DNA of 46,303 nt from IMG/VR virus record IMGVR_UViG_3300013767_000039, positions 1-46,303 of that record. One strand, given 5' to 3'. Numbering within the stretch: the first letter of the stretch is position 1; every line of letters begins with the position of its first letter. This DNA comes from a virus. The position numbers and the translations under genes were made by a program. This document shows, in pieces, positions 40,825 to 46,303 of the stretch. The notes beneath the pieces are model-generated. The model was not told the origin of the DNA. It saw only the letters and a list, made by a program, of their open reading frames with translations, and did not search any database.

Positions 40825-40945
40825 GGCAAGTCCTTGATTCAGTAGGTAAAGCGTTAGAGTAAATCTAGCGCCTATACCTGAAAGAATGTGGAATTTAAGT
40901 CTCTTGACCTTAAACGTCTTTATGGGTGGTGGTGGTTACGTTTTT

Positions 40946-40980
40946 AAAGTGCAACCTTCAATCATACATGGTTGCACCTT
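40946..40980. promoter_or_regulatory. Inverted repeat or hairpin in the divergent control region
   Basis: AAaGTGCAACC-13 nt-GGTTGCACcTT: an 8-bp perfect core (40949-40956 / 40970-40977), extendable to 11 bp with one mismatch. Confidence 0.4.
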
Positions 40981-41080
40981 GTTATCTATCAGTCACAAAA
41001 GCTAGAGTAAAGTGCAGACTAATCCACTCCGATACAACCTGGACAGGCCCCTGTAAGTCCTTGATTTTAAAGGAAAAATT

Positions 41081-41097
41081 AATACCCCCTCATATTG
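41081..41097 (+). promoter_or_regulatory. Promoter-like element AATACCCCCTCATATTG facing the RNR gene
   Basis: The plus strand reads TTAATACCCCCTCATATTGTATGAAC. The first 6 nt, TAATAC, are identical to T7 promoter positions -17 to -12. It is the inverted partner of 40808-40824. Confidence 0.35.
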
Positions 41098-41187
41098 TAT
41101 GAACGGAGGTATGCACCCGCCCTGGCTGACTGTGACCAAAAGTAAAGGGATGTAAGGATACCTAAAGAACAACTACAGACCCCCCTA

Positions 41188-41203
41188 GGGTATACCCATA
41201 GTA
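41188..41203 (+). promoter_or_regulatory. 10-bp perfect palindrome GGGTATACCC overlapping a third CCATAGTA box, 57 nt upstream of the RNR start
   Basis: GGGTATACCC lies at 41188-41197 and CCATAGTA at 41196-41203 (the same 8-mer as at 730 and 941). Confidence 0.3.
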
Positions 41204-41259
41204 TTAAACTATAGTCATTGTCACAAAGATTAAACCCTAGGTTAAAACCATAGAGAGCA

Positions 41260-43242
41260 ATGGAGAACCCAAGTATTAACCCTAGCCTTAGAGCACAGCT
41301 AATCACTCGCCGTACCTACAACCGACCCAAGGACGACCAAGGGAAAACCTTTGAGACTTGGGAAGAGACTGTTGACCGTGTGATTGGTCATCAAGCCTGG
41401 TTGTGGGAGAGAGCCAAAGGCTATCACCTGAGTTTTGGTGACTGTGTTGAGCTGCATGAGCTGCGCCAACTGATGCTGGACCGTAAGGTGCTGATGTCAG
41501 GCCGAACCCTGTGGCTGGGTGGTACTGAGGTTGCCAAGAGGCGTGAAGCAAGCCAGTTCAATTGCTCCTTCACTCAGGTAGAGACCGTGCAGGATGCCGT
41601 GGATGTTCTATGGCTCCTGATGCAGGGCTGTGGCGTTGGCTTCCGTCCTGTGGTGGGTCAGCTCACAGGCTTTCGTAAGCCCATTGAAGAGCTGGAGATT
41701 ATCCGTAGCACCCGTACATCCAAGGGTGGTCAGGAACACAACACTGAGACCTTTGAGGATGGAGTCTGGACAATCAAAATTGGTGACAGTGCTGAGGCCT
41801 GGTCAAAGTCTGTTGGAAAACTGCTGGCCCATCCGTATGCCGCCCATAAACTTGTACTCGATTTCTCAGAGATACGTCCGACAGGAGAACGCCTCAAGGG
41901 GTACGGTTGGATTAGTTCCGGAGACCAAAGCATTGCCGTAGCCTATGAAGCTCTCTTCAAAATCCTCAATCGTCGTGCTGGCTCTCTGCTGTCTCGCATT
42001 GACATCCTCGATGTCGTCAACTGGCTTGGAACGATTCTATCTAGCCGCCGCTCTGCGGAAATCGCCCTCTTTGCCTATGGTGAGGATGAGTGGCAAGAGT
42101 TTGCGGTAGCCAAGAAAGACTGGTGGGTCACCAACGTACAGCGTGCCCAATCGAACAACAGTCTGCTGTTCAACACCAAGCCTACCCGCAGTGAGCTGGA
42201 GGGCATCTTTGACTTGATGGTCCAGTCTGGTGGTAGTGAACCAGGCTTCATCAATGGTCAGGCAGCAACGAAGCGAGCCCCATGGTTCAAGGGCGTCAAC
42301 CCCTGTGCGGAAATTCTGCTGGGCCAGAAGAGTTTTTGTAACTTGACTGACATTGACGTTGCCAAGTTCAAGGGTGACAGCAATGGTCTCCGTAGGGCCA
42401 TTGAGGTTGCAGCACGGGCGAACTATCGTCAGACGTGTGTCAATCTCAAGGATGGCATCCTGCAGGAGGCCTGGCACCTCAACAATGACTTCCTGAGGCT
42501 CTGTGGTGTTGGTCTGACTGGTGTAGCCCGTAGGCCTGACCTCACGGCTTATGACTACCAGGAGCTGCAGCGCACGGCTGTCCATGGTGCCTATAGCATG
42601 GCCGATGAGCTGGGCACCCCACGCCCAAAGAACGTCACCACCATCAAACCATCGGGAACCCTGAGCAAGATCATGGATACGACTGAGGGCGTCCATCGGC
42701 CCCTTGGCAAGTACATCCTGAACAACGTCAACTTCGGTGTGCATGACCCCATCGTGCCCCTGTGTCGTGCTGCAGGCTACAAGGTAGTCCCCAACCCGGT
42801 AGACGGCTCCAGCGTCCTCATCACCATCCCCGTGGCTTGGGAGGATGTCCCGTTTAGCAAGGTCATCAAGAATGGTGTTGAGCTGGAGGTAAATCTTGAG
42901 TCTGCTGTAGAGCAGCTTGAGCGTTACCGGATGCTGATGCAGAGCTGGTGTCAGCAGAATGTGTCAGCCACCATCAGCTATGGTCCTGAGGAAGTGCCAG
43001 CAATCATTGATTGGCTGCTGGAGCATTGGGACAACTATGTCGGTGTGAGCTTCCTGTTCCGTGCTGACCCTACCAAGACCGCAGAAGACTTGGGCTACAA
43101 GTACCTGCCCCAAGAGGTCACCACCAAGGCAGTCTATGAGGCCTATACGGCCACTCTCCAGCCGATCAAACTTGACCAGGCGAACAGCTTGGATGAGCTG
43201 GAGGAAGACCCTTGTGCTACTGGTGCCTGCCCTATTCGGTAG
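41260..43242 (+). CDS. nrdJ: Class II (adenosylcobalamin-type) ribonucleotide reductase-like protein (660 aa)
   Basis: Active-site block GVNPCAEILLGQKSFCNLTDI (NPC-x-E ... CNL) is present. The N-terminal ITRRTYNR and the C-terminal Cys pair CATGAC fit. The class assignment comes from monomeric size and motifs only. Confidence 0.8.
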   Translation: MENPSINPSLRAQLITRRTYNRPKDDQGKTFETWEETVDRVIGHQAWLWERAKGYHLSFGDCVELHELRQLMLDRKVLMSGRTLWLGGTEVAKRREASQFNCSFTQVETVQDAVDVLWLLMQGCGVGFRPVVGQLTGFRKPIEELEIIRSTRTSKGGQEHNTETFEDGVWTIKIGDSAEAWSKSVGKLLAHPYAAHKLVLDFSEIRPTGERLKGYGWISSGDQSIAVAYEALFKILNRRAGSLLSRIDILDVVNWLGTILSSRRSAEIALFAYGEDEWQEFAVAKKDWWVTNVQRAQSNNSLLFNTKPTRSELEGIFDLMVQSGGSEPGFINGQAATKRAPWFKGVNPCAEILLGQKSFCNLTDIDVAKFKGDSNGLRRAIEVAARANYRQTCVNLKDGILQEAWHLNNDFLRLCGVGLTGVARRPDLTAYDYQELQRTAVHGAYSMADELGTPRPKNVTTIKPSGTLSKIMDTTEGVHRPLGKYILNNVNFGVHDPIVPLCRAAGYKVVPNPVDGSSVLITIPVAWEDVPFSKVIKNGVELEVNLESAVEQLERYRMLMQSWCQQNVSATISYGPEEVPAIIDWLLEHWDNYVGVSFLFRADPTKTAEDLGYKYLPQEVTTKAVYEAYTATLQPIKLDQANSLDELEEDPCATGACPIR

Positions 43243-43541
43243 TAAAAGCAAATCTCCTAGGATGGAACCCGGTCCTCTCCTAGGCAGTATTACTCCGGGA
43301 CAGCAACACCCCCGAATGCGAATGCATAGGGAACCTCCCCCAAATCCTAGGTGCAATGCCTAGGTCTCCTAGAGCCCTCAAAGAGAGGGCCAAGGGGAGC
43401 TGGGGTTACCAAGATGTTCCGTGGCCTCCCATGGAAATCACTTGTCACCCTTGGTAGCCTCAACTCCCCTTGTCAAATTCCCCCGCGGACCCTCTACAGG
43501 GTTCAGCTTCCCAATTTCAAAATTTCTGGCCGGTATATTTC

Positions 43542-43718
43542 ATGGGCAAAATTCCACCCACCCTCAAGAAGTCCGTTAAGCCTGCCAAGGCTGCTAAAGC
43601 TCCCGGCCTAGGTGGCAAGACCACCGTGGCATCCCTCAAGACGACCCCCACGCGAGCACCCAAGGCACCAGCAGGAGGCGTCAGGATGACCCCTGCAAAG
43701 CCCCTGAATGACCTGTAA
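43542..43718 (+). CDS. Possible small basic Lys/Ala/Pro-rich protein (58 aa; MGKIPPTLKKSVKPAKAAKAPGLGGKTT...)
   Basis: ATG at 43542 lies within track ORF 43470..43718. There is no convincing SD. It sits in the convergent intergenic zone. Confidence 0.3.
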   Translation: MGKIPPTLKKSVKPAKAAKAPGLGGKTTVASLKTTPTRAPKAPAGGVRMTPAKPLNDL

Positions 43719-43904
43719 GGCTGCGCTAGTGATGCGCTAGGGGGTGAGGTAGTACACCACACTAAAATCACTCCTAGGGGCTCTAAACACGTCCCTTGCT
43801 TTTCCTGTGTCTGCGGGTCTCCCGGATGCTGTACAGGCGGGGCTCTGACTGCTTGGCAATCCATGCCTTGCATTGGTTCAGGGTGCCTTGATAGCAGGCC
43901 GCAG

Positions 43905-43930
43905 AAACGCCAAAAGCCCCCTTAGGGGCT
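43905..43930 (-). terminator. Rho-independent-type terminator ending the right-hand minus-strand operon
   Basis: The minus strand reads AGCCCC-taag-GGGGCT followed by TTTTGGCGTTT, 36 nt after the stop at 43966. Confidence 0.45.
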
Positions 43931-43965
43931 CTCTTGTTGACCGTGTGTGTGGGGGCCATGTCTCT

Positions 43966-44274
43966 CTAGGCATCGGCACGTTGCCACACCCAGCCGTCAA
44001 AGGTGTACAAGGGGACAGGCTCAAGCCCTCCCACATCCATCAGACGCGGCTGCATTTCTTCGGGCTCGTACCCGCTTTCGGTGTCCTCATAGACCACCAC
44101 ACCATTAGTCACCCTCAACATTTCAGGGTAACGTTGGGCAATCTCCCGCATGGTGTCCAAGGTGAACGATGGAACCTCATAGCCGTTCCACAGGTAGCCC
44201 TCTTTGATGTAGCCCGGAGTGCTCCAGCTATCCTCCATCCCATCATCAAGCGTAACGTTGACTAGCTTTAGCAT
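43966..44274 (-). CDS. Hypothetical early protein (102 aa)
   Basis: Clean ORF, 3 nt after the upstream stop. No recognisable catalytic motifs. Confidence 0.65.
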   Translation of the reverse strand: MLKLVNVTLDDGMEDSWSTPGYIKEGYLWNGYEVPSFTLDTMREIAQRYPEMLRVTNGVVVYEDTESGYEPEEMQPRLMDVGGLEPVPLYTFDGWVWQRADA

Positions 44275-44277
44275 GGC

Positions 44278-44826
44278 TTAGACCCCCTCTGTCATATGGT
44301 GCTCTTTGGCATAGTTCCACGCATCGTTCCAGATGCCATGCTCTGCCTCACTGTGTGTCATTTCTGCCCCTGTGACAGCCTCAAAGGCCTCAAGCATTGC
44401 CATATTGGCATCACAGAAATCATGTGAGGCACACACCAAGGGAGTGTCATACTCCGGCTTAGCGTTACGCTCCCTCATTTCCTCCCACTGCTTGACCGTG
44501 AGCCATCCCTTGAGGATGTCCACAAATGACAGGGCAATCAGGCGAACCTGAATCATGCGCTGCATGTCCTCCCAAGCATCGGAAGACACCCAACGCCCCA
44601 GCTCATCCCCATCAATCGACAGCTCACACAGGGTGAATCTACGGCTGCTGGGGGTGTCCCTCTGGCTAGGCTCCTGCCAATCAATGTAGAGCTTCAGACG
44701 ACCAAAAGAACCTTCCCAGCTTGGGCAGGCGTCATTGTGCCAAGAGGTCTCAACAAAGCCCTTAGGGAGCTTGGGTAGCGTGGTAGGGTCATACTTAGGG
44801 AATTCATGGCGCAGTAGCTTAAACAT
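44278..44826 (-). CDS. Hypothetical early protein (182 aa)
   Basis: Clean ORF that overlaps the upstream gene by 8 nt; contains SWHNDACPSW. Confidence 0.65.
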   Translation of the reverse strand: MFKLLRHEFPKYDPTTLPKLPKGFVETSWHNDACPSWEGSFGRLKLYIDWQEPSQRDTPSSRRFTLCELSIDGDELGRWVSSDAWEDMQRMIQVRLIALSFVDILKGWLTVKQWEEMRERNAKPEYDTPLVCASHDFCDANMAMLEAFEAVTGAEMTHSEAEHGIWNDAWNYAKEHHMTEGV

Positions 44827-45259
44827 GGCTCATGTCCCCCTCAAAGGCCAGATAGGCAAAGAGGAACGCCTTACGCTGGGCATCGCTAGCATTGAGCCAA
44901 TAGGACTCAGCATCCATCCCCCCAAAGTCACCACCACAGAACAACCCTGCTACGTCCCCCGTATTAATCAGGGAAGAGTCTTGGACAATACGCACAGCAT
45001 CGTCTAGCCCATCGTGTGGCATGGCATCAGTGATGCAATTGTCGGGATAGTTCAGGCACTCCAAGAGAGCAGCATCAGCAGGCGTCATCAAGTCACGCGC
45101 AAGGGCCTCACGCTGGTCAATGAAGTCTCCCCCATCAATAAAGCCGATACGTGGCTCAGTGAAGGGAACACCTGCGAGAGTGCATGTGTGCATCTGCATA
45201 TGCAGGTTAGGATACAGCCTAGCGAATCGCACAAGGTGCGCCAGCTTGTCTATGGTCAT
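44819..45259 (-). CDS. Hypothetical early protein (146 aa; MTIDKLAHLV...)
   Basis: The track ORF extends to 45331. ATG 45259 has AAGAGGA upstream. Confidence 0.6.
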   Translation of the reverse strand: MTIDKLAHLVRFARLYPNLHMQMHTCTLAGVPFTEPRIGFIDGGDFIDQREALARDLMTPADAALLECLNYPDNCITDAMPHDGLDDAVRIVQDSSLINTGDVAGLFCGGDFGGMDAESYWLNASDAQRKAFLFAYLAFEGDMSHV

Positions 45260-45342
45260 GGTGTGGGGTGTCCTCTTAATTAGGTATCCTGAGAGACCCC
45301 TAAGGGGCCTTTCGCTGTCTTTACAGCTCATCAGTCAGGCTC

Positions 45343-45675
45343 TTACTCGTCATCCCGCTCAATGTCTACCTCAGACACCATGTGTTCAGCAATCTCTCGC
45401 CAATCAACTTGACCCAACATGGCATTGAGTAGGTCAGCGTAGACACCCGTAACGGTTGGGGTGTTCTCTTCGTGCTCAGATTCCAGCTCTTTAGCCAGTT
45501 CTGAGGTCGCCTCGCTCCGAATCATTTCATCGGACGTATCTGCATCCGTGGCGTTCTCTACAGCAGACTCAGCCCGTTCTATCCAGTACTCCTGTGTGCC
45601 TTGCTCGTTGTTAATCCACAGCATGACATTCCACGTTGCATAGTTTGCCCAGCCATTGTATTTGGTATCGCTCAT
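45343..45675 (-). CDS. Hypothetical acidic early protein (110 aa)
   Basis: The N-terminal YNGWANYATWNVMLWINNEQ is a recurrent phage motif of unknown function. The rest of the protein is strongly acidic. Confidence 0.7.
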   Translation of the reverse strand: MSDTKYNGWANYATWNVMLWINNEQGTQEYWIERAESAVENATDADTSDEMIRSEATSELAKELESEHEENTPTVTGVYADLLNAMLGQVDWREIAEHMVSEVDIERDDE

Positions 45676-45728
45676 GATGATTTCCTCTTGATTGGTTGTG
45701 GTATCTCTCCGTGGACTAGCACGGCTTT

Positions 45729-46025
45729 TTAGATCGTTCCACCGATGATGTGATGCCCTTCCTCACGCTTGAGCTGAGGACGCACAGCAATGCAACGGTT
45801 ACCCTCATAAATCTGTATATCGCCATCGGGAAACCCTAGCGGATACTGAGCTAGCCAATCCATGGCTTCACTCTCGCTCTTGCAGTGGTGAACCTTTAGC
45901 TTGCCACTGAGTTTCAGCACCACACGGTAGGCAGGCTTATCGTTACGCTTGAACTCCAGAGCAACCAGCACAGCACCCCCAAGGGCACCAAGGACACCAC
46001 AGAGAACGGCTGCATCAGTCCACAT
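45729..46025 (-). CDS. Membrane-anchored hypothetical protein (98 aa; MWTDAAVLCGVLGALGGAVLVAL...)
   Basis: The track ORF extends to 46103. ATG 46025 has GGAG 9 nt upstream. It has an N-terminal TMD. Confidence 0.6.
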   Translation of the reverse strand: MWTDAAVLCGVLGALGGAVLVALEFKRNDKPAYRVVLKLSGKLKVHHCKSESEAMDWLAQYPLGFPDGDIQIYEGNRCIAVRPQLKREEGHHIIGGTI

Positions 46026-46059
46026 ATCTATTACTCCATTACGTTGTGTGTGTAAGGAG

Positions 46060-46088
46060 ATATTAGAGGGACCAAAGAAAAGAGGCAA
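46060..46088 (-). promoter_or_regulatory. Sigma70-like promoter for the right-end early operon
   Basis: The minus strand reads TTGCCT-17 nt-TAATAT, about 35 nt upstream of the ATG at 46025. Confidence 0.35.
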
Positions 46089-46147
46089 GGACTTTTTAAG
46101 CACAACTTAAAACATGTGTTGTGCATCTAAGCCCTCGCCTCACAACC

Positions 46148-46174
46148 CCCGGTTCAAATCTGGAACCCTTCACC
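46148..46174 (+). other. tRNA 3'-end-like fragment (T-arm plus acceptor strand), a candidate attP core
   Basis: CCCGG-TTCAAAT-CTGGA (the canonical GGTTCAAATC T-loop context; 4 of 5 stem pairs), then ACCCTTC-A-CC. No matching 5' half exists, so it is not a tRNA gene. Confidence 0.3.
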
Positions 46175-46176
46175 TG

Positions 46177-46303
46177 GTCAACTCTGGTCGTTGTCTTGCG
46201 TCAACTCTGGTCGTTGTCTTGCGTCAACTCTGGTCGTTGTCTTGCGTCAACTCTGGTCGTTGTCTTGCGTCAACTCTGGTCGTTGTCTTGCGTCAACTCT
46301 GGT
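46177..46303. repeat. Right terminal tandem array of the same 23-mer (a 22-nt unit, 4 full units and a 13-nt partial unit)
   Basis: Read directly: 46177-46198, 46199-46221, 46222-46244, 46245-46267, 46268-46290 and a partial unit at 46291-46303. Confidence 0.97.

Noticed and set aside
41098-41259. Cobalamin riboswitch in the 5' leader of the class II RNR gene
   Set aside because: I could not recognise a B12-box or the conserved riboswitch core by eye. Only short palindromes (GGGTATACCC, ATAGT/ACTAT) are present. A covariance-model scan would be needed to settle it.
42037-42744. 235-aa minus-strand ORF
   Set aside because: It is antisense inside the ribonucleotide reductase gene.
43783-43959. 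58-aa minus-strand ORF (MAPTHTVNKRAPKG...) right after the early operon
   Set aside because: It contains the AGCCCC/GGGGCT hairpin plus T-tract that best explains the end of the operon. It has a weak SD and competes with an overlapping 118-aa ORF in another frame.

Overview
The window looks like one complete tailed-phage genome of about 46.3 kb. All calls below come from reading the sequence and ORF track by eye and from remembered family motifs; no searches were run.

Ends: both ends carry the same 23-bp tandem-repeat array (1-127 and 46177-46303), and the last 105 nt equal the first 105 nt. This means either a direct terminal repeat or a circular assembly overlap.

Gene layout:
- Plus-strand virion and lysis arm (975-23071): two tail-collar fibre paralogs, a tail protein, two cupin/dioxygenase-like genes, three internal virion proteins (one with a lambda-R-like transglycosylase domain), small and large terminase, portal, scaffold, major capsid, fibre proteins, holins and an M15 endolysin.
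- Convergent minus-strand arm (40770 down to 23221), T7-supergroup enzymes: single-subunit RNA polymerase, gp2.5-like SSB, endonuclease I, ThyX, primase-helicase, family A DNA polymerase, C5 DNA methyltransferase, gp6-like exonuclease and MazG.
- Same minus-strand arm, downstream lysogeny and plasmid-like block: tyrosine integrase with coupled membrane and lipoprotein genes, ParA plus a small RHH-like gene, a winged-helix Rep-like gene and an adjacent iteron/palindrome/AT-rich origin-like region.
- A lone plus-strand class II ribonucleotide reductase (41260-43242).
- A minus-strand block of unknown early genes (46025 down to 43966) next to the right end.

Most notable observations:
1. About 650 nt of the methyltransferase gene read as sensible, motif-bearing protein in two frames.
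2. A T7-type RNAP phage carries an integrase, a partition system and a Rep/iteron-like module together.
3. The termini are built entirely from a 23-mer tandem array, with a tRNA 3'-end-like fragment abutting it.
4. A 17-bp inverted pair of T7-promoter-like elements sits in the RNAP/RNR divergent region.
5. AspH/cupin-like oxygenase genes are embedded in the tail module.
6. CCTAGG is clearly enriched in noncoding DNA.
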